A stretch of DNA of 64,000 nucleotides from Octopus vulgaris (taxonomy: Eukaryota). Numbering within the stretch: position 1 is the first letter of the stretch; each line of letters begins with the position of its first letter. The stretch covers positions 10,602,001-10,666,000 of the forward strand of contig OX597832.1 in NCBI GenBank assembly GCA_951406725.2, in the 5' to 3' direction. Below the pieces are notes generated by a model, which was not told where the DNA came from, did not search any database, and worked only from the letters and a program-made list of their open reading frames with translations. Below, in pieces: positions 1-10,694 of this stretch. The translations under genes and the position numbers were made by a program.

Positions 1-1663
1 TTTTGTGCGTGTTTTCGAATGGTTACTATGCGTCTCCCCATTATAGCCATTGTTATAGCATCAATACACGATTACAGATCAATCACGTGTTTGGCTATTA
101 CACCACCTAAATTTTCAGATATTAATAACTTAGAAGTCCCGGAGAAGTATTTGGGTGTTGTTTGCTGATTTTTAAGTGAACCAGCACATGCACCCATTTA
201 TGTTTTCTTTATTTTTCTATTTCCATGAGGTGTTATGTGTAAAATTGTCGTTATGTGTTGCCGCTTTTCATACTGCGCCAATGATATGATCATTAACTTG
301 ACATTCATGTATTTTTAGTACATTCCCTGTCTTTACTATTTCTTCTTGTATCTTTTGATGAGTAATATGCATTAGATGAAGCATCCGGGGATTCTGTTAT
401 GCGTGCAAAATTTTGGGGGAATTTAGTTCGAGTTCTCTTTGGAAATGCTATACTGCATGCACGTTATTTTATCCATCAGCTATGGAACTATATTTCTCTT
501 CACTCGTTCTTTTTAATTAATTGACTTGCAGAAGCTGTGATTATTCTTATTCTTGAAGTCACATTCGAAGTGTGTTTATTCTGTTAGCTTTATTTTGTTC
601 TTTTCTTCTTGGACTGCTGTTCTGACTGTTTTGTTCGGTTCTTTGTTCTGTCCGGCTTTGACAATATCGTTTGAATTGTTCAAAATTTTTATTCTAGCTG
701 TCGTTTTACGTTCACAGCTTGTCACTAGTTCTCACGGCAGGTCGTTCAATTGTTTTTCAATGCTGAAACAGACGTGTCTTCTGCCATTCTTTCGGCTCTG
801 TCTTTGTAATCGACACACATTTCTTCGGTGTCATCTGACTATAGCTAAATCAAAGACGCTAACGCATCTCCTATCCGTCTTTAAAATGTTCGAGCTAAGT
901 CTTTATCGGCAAACAGTTACGCGCACACAGTTTTTAAAAGCACATCTCTTTTCTATTATGGAGCATGTACACAAACTTGTATTTGTACTTAAGCGTATTA
1001 AACGTTAATGAGTCTCAAGCACATTTCGATGAATATTACATCAGCTATGCGATCCTCGAATCTCCAAATAAACTGAAATGTAACGGAAATATGAGTAATC
1101 TATTGTGATGTGTCACAGGATAGTGTTTCGTGTATACTTTTTTTCATTGTTTACATAAGTGGCATTGCAAATATAATCAGATATATTAAAACAAATATTC
1201 TCAATCTACTCAAGGTTCCAGCCAATAAACGAAGTTGAATACACAACAGAATTCCAATCGTATTCATGTAAAGCGATTAAAAGAGCAGATACAAAGAGAA
1301 AATGAAAATTCTGCTAAACGAGGAAAATTATGAGTAAGTTCGAAGTAAATGTTTTTAAACGAATTTCTCTTTTATTGGAATACCTCCATGGGTAAAATAA
1401 TACAGTGTGGAATAATACAGAGTAAGATTTAAATAAGTTTTGGAGTAAAAGCATGAAAAGGGAGTTGACGTACCCTACAAGATGTGCCACTTGATCCTTA
1501 GGATATTCGAGTAGAGATCCGAAATTCATCCTCCTTTAAGTTTGCTAACTTTAATTTTTGCTTTCATTTGAATGACTCGGCCAATACAAGTCTCTTAATA
1601 TTAGGCAAAACATCATGAGAATTGAACAATTATAATATGTATAAGTGTGTATCTATAATTTTG

Positions 1664-1985
1664 AAGGTGCATAGCTCACTAGTTAGAGCGTCGCGTATAC
1701 AATCGTGATGATGTGAGATAGATTCCTGAACTGAGATGTGTTCTTAAGGAAGACACAATTTCACGTTGCCCCAGTGCACTCAGCCATAAAAATGAATTAC
1801 ATCACTTTTACCAAGCTGTATCGGCCTTTTCCCTTCTTTTGGATAACATCAGTGGTGTGAAAGGGGGAGGCTGGTACGTATGGGCAACTGCTGGTCTTCC
1901 ACAATCAAACTTGTCTGGAATTGTTCCAAGAAGTGGAACTTTCTAGGTGCAATCCTTTTGTGATTCGTGACCAAATGGGGTCTTC
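1664..1985 (+). mobile_element. SINE family A (tRNA head, CORE-like centre), diverged copy
   Basis: Colinear with the 7210 and 35602 copies (TTTCACGTTGC.CCAGT.CACTCAGC, CTGCTGGTCTTCCA, AACTTTCTAGGTGCAATCC, GGGGTCT). Confidence 0.8.
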
Positions 1986-2994
1986 TCTCTCCTGCCTCAT
2001 GTATATATTCCATCAACATTGTCTAGTCGAATCTCGTATTTTTAAATAACCAAAAGCTAGACCTCGTGTCATTGTTTAACTACATAAACCAAGCTGACAT
2101 TACACTATAGTGATATATGGATTATAATCTCTATCATTACTACTTTTGCCAAGCCATCTTCAAAGAAATCACAGATATAAATGATTACATATCATTAAAA
2201 CAGTACCAGAAAAATTCTCACCTTGAAATGCCAGACAACCCTCTGACCTACGTTAAACTTTCATCTAACAACTCGCTACTCGAGTGAATTACGCTGCTGC
2301 AAATTATGGCTTAGTTGCACAAGTACCACATGTTGGTGTTAATAATTGAGATTCACTGTTAGGCAATAATGATGAAACGAAATAGAAAACTATGTATTAT
2401 ATTAAATAAAACATCAGCAGTAATAACGTTATAAAACGAAGCCGCGATTTAAAAGGAATCCTGATCACGAACAACAACGAATATTAAAAACTACAAACAA
2501 ATACATTTGTAAATACGAATGATATTATGTAAGTTTCAATCTATATGATCTGTTATGCTGGCTATGCAAATGGAGTTCTCGAGAAGCAAACGCTCATCAC
2601 TGCACTAAATTTGATGGGGAAGCATTTGAGTAGTACACCTCCGTAGTCTATAGGATTACACAAATATTCTGTGTGTATATGAGTGGATGTATATACGAGT
2701 GGGTATGTGAGCGTGTATGTGTGTATATATATGGGTGTGTATATACAGGTGTGGGTGTATTTGTGAATGTGTATGTATTTCTATATGGATAGATAATGTG
2801 ATAAAGAGAAAATAATTTAAATACTTAGTGTGTACATTCTTTTCGTATACGTTATAGTAATAATGTGGAATGTCTAATAAGTTTCCAACGAAGTTACCTG
2901 CACACCTGCCCAGATAAAACTACCTAATCAGCGAAATACGTGCAATAACTTTCCAAAGTCATCTGCTGATATTTTTTTCCAACTGTTGTTATTA

Positions 2995-3180
2995 AGGCGT
3001 CGAATTGGCAGGGCCATTAATAAGCCGAGCCAAAGTTCTGAGTTCAAATTCCGCAGTGGTCAGCGTTGCCCTTCGTCCGTTCGTGGTCGATAAAGTAAGT
3101 TCTTTTTGAGTACTAGGTTCGAGGCAATCGACTATCATACCTAGCCACTAAATTTCAAGCTTCGTTTCTATAGCAGAAAG
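2995..3180 (+). mobile_element. Diverged SINE family B short-tail copy
   Basis: GTTCTGAGTTCAAATTCCG, GGTCGATAAA.TAAGT, AATCGACT in family order. Confidence 0.65.
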
Positions 3181-3390
3181 GCTATTTTTATTGGTAGTTG
3201 CTGTTGAACTTACTACGCTCTTTCTGCTACCGTTTCACGGATTACTGTATACCTTATATTAATAGAATGGGTTAATATTTGTTCGTAATGTAGAACGAAG
3301 CAAGAATATTCTATTTTGTGCCAATAGCATTACAACACAAAATTTCAATTTGTATTCCCTTGATTGGCGGTAGTTGTAGTTATAGAGAAA

Positions 3391-3622
3391 GGCGGCGAGC
3401 TGGCAGAAACGTTTGCACGCCGGACGAAATGCGTAGCCGTATTTCGTCTGCTGTTACGTTCTGAGTTCAAATTTCGCCGAGGTCGACTTTGCCTTTCATC
3501 CTTTCGTAGTCAATTAAATAAGTACTACTTACGCACTGGGGTCGATATAATTGACTTAATCCGTTTGTATGTCCTTGTTTGTCCTCTCTGTGTTTAGCCC
3601 CTTGTGGGTAGTAAAGAAATAG
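3391..3622 (+). mobile_element. SINE family B, long-tail variant, full length
   Basis: GGCGGCGAGCTGGCAGAAAC head, GAGTTCAAAT B-box-like motif, centre GAGGTCGACTTTGCCTTTCATCCTTTCG, tail CCCCTTGTGGGTAGTAAAGAAATAG; imperfect TSD GTAGTTATAGAGAAA / GTAATAATAGAGAAA. Confidence 0.9.
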
Positions 3623-4494
3623 GTAATAATAGAGAAATGCTTATGTGTATTTTTTTTTGCAATGCAAACGCAAATTCTCAAGTTCTGTAAATACTCATTT
3701 CGAAAAATTATTTTCATAACGCTAAATATAGTTTTCCGTATTGACATCTAGCAATAAATTAATAACGGAAAATTTGTGACACAGACTTCAATTTAGTGAA
3801 AACATTCGCCAGTCTTGTGTTACTGCTGAATAAAGTATATTAAGAAACGCTGCAGCAAAAGTAATAACGACTCAGGGAGAAACAATATATAAAGTAAGAA
3901 AAACATATCAAGAATTACTATCTACAACAAGAACAATAAAACCTTAAAAAAACGAAAAGCAGTGAGCACAAACGTAAAAAAGAATGTTGACAAAATCAAC
4001 ATTGAAAGAAACTGCTAAGAAGATTGCTTAACTTGCAGTAACTGCCACACCGAGATCACTACCGCCGTCGTAAAGGAAACCGACAGTAAAACTATGAGCA
4101 ACACCGCCGACGTCAGCATACTGAGCACATTTTCATCTTCATCAACCTTGTCGTTAACACAAGCATAAGAACGGCAATGTCTTTTGCAGCTGCCAAACAA
4201 ACGCAGATTGAGCATTCTTTGGTTGAGATGGAAGCGTTGAAACTGAAAACCAGATGTTATCTTCTGTCCCAATCTGCTCTAAATCTCGGAAGAGTAAACC
4301 TAAATATATATAACGAATGCACTTGAGATAAGGTGTATTAATATAGAAGGTATTGCTTCGAAGGCCTCCACCTCAAAAGCGAAAATTGTATTCAGGAAGT
4401 ACGGTAAGAATATAAAAAAAATATATTGTGTAAAGGTTATTATATACCTCCGTAAAGAGAGGCTTAGCAAAATATACAAGCTCGCTAGAGTAAT

Positions 4495-4700
4495 ATTGGT
4501 TTCGAATTTTGGAACAAGGTAAGAAAGTTTGAAGTGGGTAAGTCGATTTCTTGGAATTTTAGTGCTCAGCTAGTATCGACCCCGAAAGCGATAAAAAGTA
4601 AAGTCGATATTGGCGGAATTTGAACTCAGAACGGAAAGGCGAACGAAATGCTGAGAAGAATCTTTCCTGGCGTGCTAACGATTCCTCCAAGTTCTCGCAT
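4495..4700 (-). mobile_element. Diverged SINE family B copy
   Basis: TCGACCCCGAAA...AAAGTCGA...GGCGGAATTTGAACTCAGAACG...GGCGTGCTAACGATTC. Confidence 0.75.
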
Positions 4701-5924
4701 TCACGAGACTAACATTACCTACTTCCCTATATGGCAAAATGTGTACGTATGGTATTCAAGAAATACGCAACAGAAGTCAATATATTTTACTACCATCTTG
4801 ATGGCGAGGAACTTAACATGAAATATTATGGCCGCAAAAATATCATAAAAACTATTATTAAACGCTCAAATGCAGCTCACGGCAGAGAAGAGGAATTATC
4901 TTTTTACATTTTGGAAGCATGATTCCCATCACAATTCATTTGATGGGAGATATATAAATTTGTGTCAGAAATAACTGCTAGGGATTTTTTGGTTCTTAGT
5001 CAAAAGTATGAAACTCAATTATTTTCATAAACGCGACCAAAAGATGCAATGCAGAAGGAACATAATGTTAATGATGATAATTGATAATAATATTAGTAAT
5101 AATAATAACAAAGCTATAACACCGGCAGCTGCTAAAAAGAACACAGACCACCCAAAGCAGATGTGCAAATGCATATCACGAACTTCAAAGCCGTATTCCC
5201 AAACATGTTTGGTTTACTAATTAAAACGAAACAAAAAGTACGACAGAAAGACGCGCACAGACAAACACACAACACACACACACACACATCCAATGCGTAA
5301 TTATCCCCCATTCGATTACTCTTCAAATACAAAACAGATTTGCTCAATTTGGGACCCAATCGACACGGGTGAACAGAAGAGAAATGAATATGTACCAACA
5401 ACTTTTACTCCATCTCAAAAACTAAATATACGTAAAGACAACAAAAGCCATAAAAATTCAGTTTATCAGCAATATTATTGGAATAGCAACAAGAATAATT
5501 AATAGAATCCAACCCATAGCCATACAGATATTGCTTGTTTGGTATTTGCGTACGGATATTCGAAAGTATCTGAATATATCTGTATACTACTGTATTTATG
5601 AAAAACCTGCATCATTAATCTCGTTTTAGTATATAGTTTATTAGATTTTTTTAATGTGAATTCGTGTGTTCAAGCATAACTTTTTTGTGTCTGAGGAGAG
5701 TCATTCTATTTTAATGCCTTATTAATTAACACACTCACCGGGTCAATTTCAACTCCTTTACTATCTTTGTTTTTTAAATTCTCCATGCGTCCTGTACCTT
5801 CTTCATCATTAAATATGTCTATCTACAAATGTAAAGAAGGTGAGCTGGCAGAATCGTTACGGTCTACAGACACGTAATGCCTCTTTGTTTTACGGTGCCT
5901 CTACCCTGTTCGTCGATTTCTGCG

Positions 5925-6145
5925 ATGGCTGAAACGAAAGAACAGCGTTCTTCCTTGAAATTCTGCTGCGACTGAAGTTGTTGGTATGCTTTAGACAGCT
6001 TACAAAGACGCTGCCATGAGCAAAACACAAGTTTACCAGAGGTTGCCACTCCAGAGGAATGGTCACTGGTCATTTGTCACTTGAAGACCAACCTCGTTCA
6101 GGACGACCATCGAACTCCCGAACGAATGAAAACATTACAAAATTC
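5925..6145 (+). pseudogene. Mariner (Tc1/mariner) transposase N-terminal HTH remnant
   Basis: Manual translation across frameshifts and a stop: MAETKEQRSSLKFC...ATEVVGML*TAYKDAAMSKTQVY...GHLSLEDQPRSGRPSNSRTNENIT. The QRxxxKF, AYxxxAMSKTQVY and LEDxPRSGRP motifs are typical of mariner transposases. Confidence 0.8.
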
Positions 6146-6169
6146 CTGACATGAGCTTATAGCTGTTTC

Positions 6170-6588
6170 TTATTTCTTTATTGCCCACAAGGGGCTAAAC
6201 ATAGAGGGGACAAACAAGGACGTACAAAGGGATTAAGTTGATTAAATTGACCCCAGTGCGTAACTGGTACTTAATTTATCGACTCCGAAAGGATGAAAGG
6301 CAAAGTCGACCTCGGTGGAATTTTGAACTCAGAACGTAACGGCAGAGGTAATACCTATTTATTTACTAGCCACAAGGGGCTAACCACAGAGAGGAAAAAC
6401 AAGGACAGACAAATATATCAAGTCGATTATATCGAACCCAGTGCGTAGCTGGTACTTAATTTATCGACCCCGAAAGGATGAAAGGCAATGTCAACCTCCG
6501 CGGAATTTGAACACCGAACGTAACGGCAGACGAAATACTTCTAAGCATTTCGCCCGGCGTGTTAACGTTTCTACTAGCTCGCCACCTT
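6170..6588 (-). mobile_element. SINE family B dimer (full copy plus head-less repeat)
   Basis: The full copy's tail is joined at about 6355 to a second unit starting at the internal GTATT...CTGCCGTTACGTTCTGAG site; the whole dimer is flanked by AGCTTAT(A/C)GCTGTTTCT direct repeats. Confidence 0.85.
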
Positions 6589-7209
6589 TAAACAGCTTAT
6601 CGCTGTTTCTGTTATAATATGCAGTGGACTTTTGGTTGAGTAACTGTGTAACGCCTCATAGCTTCGTCGAAGCCTCGAATATGAAATGCAATTTATTTGG
6701 GAATTGACTGAAAATTGTGTCCACTATATTCCACAGAAGAAAAAGCTGTAAGATAATGATGCTTATAAGGTAATCGTCTATTCTTTTGTCATATGATTTT
6801 TCTAATATACATCCTTTTGTTTTGAGGGTTTTTGTATAATCCTGTTTATACTATTGCGCGTATGTTTATGTTAATAATCTTTACAATTCCTCACCTTTGA
6901 TTTGATCTCTTTCACGAGAATGTTTGTCTTTTCAAGTTCATCATATGATAATACCAAAGTTAAAAAATAAAAGAAGTCTACCTGGGGCCGTCGTTAGAAA
7001 TTCCCAAAACAACTCTGAACAGTAAATGTTAACGTCTATTGTTTGTTCGGTCTCTTTGTATGAGATAGAAGCCAATAAGTTCATTACAACTCAGTCAAAT
7101 CTGTTAAGCGAGAAACATACGTAGGGAAATGTTGTCACATACAACACACACACACACAATGAGCAAAACACTTCAGCGGAAACATTTTTGTTATTATTAT
7201 TATTACTAT

Positions 7210-7527
7210 GAAGGCGCGTGGCTCAGTGGTTAGAGCGTCGAGCTTACGATCGTGAGATTTTAAGTTCGAATCCCGGACCGGCCTGCGTGTTGTGTTATTT
7301 CACGTTGCTCCAGTTCACGCAGCTGTAGAAATGAGTTGCGACGTCACAGGTACCAAGCTGTATCTCCTGTTGCTTTTCCCTTGGATAACACTGATGGCGT
7401 GGAGAAAAGGAGGCCGGTATGCATGGGCGACTGCTGGTCTTCCATAAACAACCTTGCCCAGAGTTGTGCCCAGGAGGGTAACTTTCTAGGTGCAATCCCA
7501 CGGTCAGTCATGACCGAAGGGGGTCTC
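7210..7527 (+). mobile_element. SINE family A
   Basis: A box TGGCTCAGTGG, B box GTTCGAATCC; near-identical to the 35602 copy apart from a small internal deletion; sits in a (TAT)n tract. Confidence 0.9.
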
Positions 7528-7557
7528 AATCATTATTATTATTATTATTATTATTAA

Positions 7558-7750
7558 AGCCGCGAACTGGCAGTGTCGATAGCACACTGGACGAAATGTT
7601 CAGCGATACTTCAGCCGTCGCTACGTTCTGAGTTCACATTCCGCCGAGGTCGACATTGCCATTCATCCTTTCGTGGTTGGTAAATTAAATACCAGTGAAA
7701 CACTTGGGTTGATATAATCAACTAGTCCTCTCCCTACAAATTGCAAGCCC
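7558..7750 (+). mobile_element. SINE family B, short-tail variant
   Basis: Same head and centre as the 3391 copy, different 3' end. Confidence 0.8.
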
Positions 7751-7758
7751 ATTTTTAA

Positions 7759-8232
7759 GGCGGTGAGCTGGCGGAAGCATTAGCATGCCGGGCGAAATGC
7801 TTAGTAGTATTTCGTCTGTCTTTACGTTCTGAAAGGCGGCGAGCTGGCAGAAACGTTAGCACGCCGGGCGAAATGCGTAGCCGTATTTCGTCTGCCGTTA
7901 CGTTCTGAGTTCAAATTCCGCCGAGGTCAACTTTGCCTTTCATCCATTCAGGGTCGATTAAATAAGTACCAGTTACGCACTGGGGTCGATATAACCGACT
8001 TAATCCGTTTGTCTGTCCTTCTTCGTTCCCCTCTGTGCTTAGCCCCTTGTGGGTAGGAAAGAAATAAGTATTTCATCTGTCTTTACGTTCTGAGTTCAAA
8101 GTCCGCCGAGGTCGACTTTGCCTTTCATCCTTCCGAGATCGATAAATCAAGTATTAGTAGCGTACTGGGGTCGATCTAATCGAGAACGACCCCTCCCCAA
8201 AATTTCGGGCCTTTTGACTAGAGCAGAAAAGA
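7759..8232 (+). mobile_element. Nested SINEs: long-tail family B copy (about 7833..8066) inside a short-tail family B copy
   Basis: 27-bp duplication AGTATTTC(G/A)TCTGTCTTTACGTTCTGA at 7806..7832 and 8067..8093; both repeats carry the host-type TCTGTCTTTACG rather than the insert-type TCTGCCGTTACG. Confidence 0.9.
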
Positions 8233-8774
8233 ATATTAGCCTTGGATTATGATAAAAAATATCAACAATTGCAATACATTATTTACTAACCACATTCCTT
8301 TACTCTGCTCTGTGTCGTTATAAAACTCGATGCAGCGCGCGCGCTTGTTACAACCCAATTACTTAAACATGCTAGAAATAGCAGTTAAACCTCGCTTGAA
8401 TCACCTTGTAACGTCATAGAAAAGAACTCATTGTATATGAGATCGGCTCTCTGTACAGAATAATAGATATGCTGATCATGTTTTGTTTATTTCTGCTGGT
8501 TTGCTGACCAAGGGTTACACAATAATAACACGGTTATTTTAGTGTAATGACAACAGCAGCAGTAGCAACAACAACAGCTACTACTACTACTACTATGAAG
8601 TAGTATTCTAAAGTAAATAAGTTGTTTCGAAAACTACGCAACTTCATAGATATGGAACGACTCTATCATCTCTTCGCGTCTCAATAACGGACTAACTGGT
8701 AAGTGTACGTGGCTGTTCGACAAACTAGAACAAACAACAAAATTCCCCCTCAGATAAGTATTAAGTAGATATAT

Positions 8775-8920
8775 ATCTCTTTACTCCCCACAAGGGGATA
8801 AACATAGAGGGAACAAACAAGGACAGACAAAGGGATTAAGTCGATTGCATCGACCCCATTGCGAAACAGGTACTTTATTTTTCGACCCCGAATGGATGAG
8901 AGGCAAAGTCGACCTCGGCG
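8775..8920 (-). mobile_element. 5'-truncated SINE family B (long tail)
   Basis: CCCACAAGGGG...AAACAAGGACAGACA...GGCAAAGTCGACCTCGGCG. Confidence 0.85.
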
Positions 8921-9180
8921 AAAAAGTCGAAAGAAGTGATCTCTTGTTCTCTGCAGACAGGAGAATGACTGGATAGTCATGGCGGGAATTTTAGTAGTCA
9001 CATGTCAGAGTGCCTAAAGGTGACCTGGTGATAATATAACTCTAAGAAAAAGAACAGCATCTTGGAACGTAAATCGAAACAAGAATGTTGCCTGTATATG
9101 GTCGTATGAAATGCTCGGCGTAGCAAAATAATAGTCTATCGTCTTTAAAATTGAGATGCCTACATCTAATCGCATAGATG

Positions 9181-9694
9181 TACCAATTTATTTACTACCC
9201 ACAAGGGGCTAAACACAGAAGGGACAAACAAGGAGAGACAAAGGGATTAAGTCGATTATATCGATCCCAGAGCATGACTGGTACTTAATTTATCGACCCC
9301 GAAAGGATAAAAGGCAAAGTCGACCTCGGCCGAATTTGAACTCAGAATGTACCAAAAAAGCTGGGATAGACATCGCTGGAACGATATTGACTTATAGGCT
9401 GCTCAGCCAGAGCTGACCATGGGCTAAAATAACATTACCCATTTCTTTACTACCCACAAGGGGCCAAACACAGAGGGGACGAACAAGGAGAGACAAAGAG
9501 ATTAAGTCGATTATATCGATCCCAGAGCATGACTGGTACTTAATTTATCGACCCCGAAAGGATAAAAGGCAAAGTCGACCTCGGCGGAATTTGAACTCAG
9601 AATGTACCAAAAAAGCTGGAATAGACATCGCTGGAACGTTATTGACTTATAGGCTGCTCAGCCAGAGCTGACCATGGGCTAAAATAACATTACC
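9181..9694. repeat. 255-bp tandem duplication containing a truncated family B SINE (minus strand) plus flanking older repeat
   Basis: 9186..9439 and 9441..9694 nearly identical; TACC at 9181, 9436 and 9691 marks the breakpoints. Confidence 0.92.
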
Positions 9695-10275
9695 AGCATG
9701 ATCGTTAACAGCAATGTTTAGAGAAGCACCCCAGAAGCGGCTGTGGTAGGAGGAGGGTCAGATGCAGCATCAACACCAACATAAGCAGAAGTAGTAGCAG
9801 CAGTGTCACCAGCAACAGCAGCAGAAGGGAAGCGTGAAGTATTAATAATAGTAACATCAACAGCAGCAGCAGTAGTAGCAGCAGCAGCAACACAGCAGAA
9901 GGAGAAAAATAAAGAATTAATAATAGTAAGAAAAAAAAAAAAAAAACAGCAGCACTATCACGAACAGCAGCAGCGCCTTTAGGAACAGCTGCAGTAGTAT
10001 TAATAGCAGCAAAATCAGCAGCACATGTAAGCAGCGAGATACATCGGTAATTAATGTTAGTGTTACCGAAGTTTTTGAACATTGTAGTCGGAGTTGCAGC
10101 TGCAGCCGATACAAAACCGAAGCACCTACGATACGAACATGATTATCATTGAAATAACAACACTTTTCAATATTAATAAGTCTGAAAACAACCGTAACAA
10201 TAACATCAACAGCAATGATGATTTCGAAAAGTAAGTACGGCGATAGCACATGTATGGAAATATCTAGTTTATAAC

Positions 10276-10694
10276 CTATTTCTTTACTACCCACAAAGGG
10301 GCCAAACACAGAGGGGACAAACAAGGACAGACACACGGATTTAAGTCGATTACATCGACCCCAGTGCGTAACTGGTACCTATTTAATCGACCCCGAAAGG
10401 ATGAAAGGCAAAGTCGACCTCGGCAGAATTTGAACTCAGAACGTAGCGGCAGGCGAAATACCTATTTCTTTATTACCACTAGGGGCTAAACATAGAGGGG
10501 ACAAACAAGGACAGACATAGGTATTAAGTCGATTACATCGACCCTAGAGCATAACTGGTACTTGTTTAATCGTCCCCGAAAGGATGAAAGGCAAAGTCGA
10601 CCTCGGGGGGATTTGAACTCAGAACGTAGCGGCAGGCGAAATACCGCTAAGCATTTCGCCCGGTGTGCTAACGATTCTGCCAGCTCGCTGCCTT
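10276..10694 (-). mobile_element. SINE family B dimer (full copy plus head-less repeat)
   Basis: Junction at about 10461 reads on the minus strand ...TAAAGAAATAG|GTATTTCGCCTGCCGCTACGTTCTGAG; both units share the variant CCTGCCGCTACG. Confidence 0.88.

Noticed and set aside
1-1008. ORF 553..1008 and coding-like minus strand
   Set aside because: No recognisable domain; possibly a decayed retroelement but not supportable from sequence alone.
5655-5795. GTGT-CTGAGGA-GAG hammerhead-core-like word
   Set aside because: No matching stem II plus GAAA or cleavage triplet downstream in this copy.
7210-7285. tRNA genes at SINE heads (also 35602, 44385, 56745, 32620..32700)
   Set aside because: A and B boxes are present but cloverleaves are incomplete and each continues into a dispersed repeat body.
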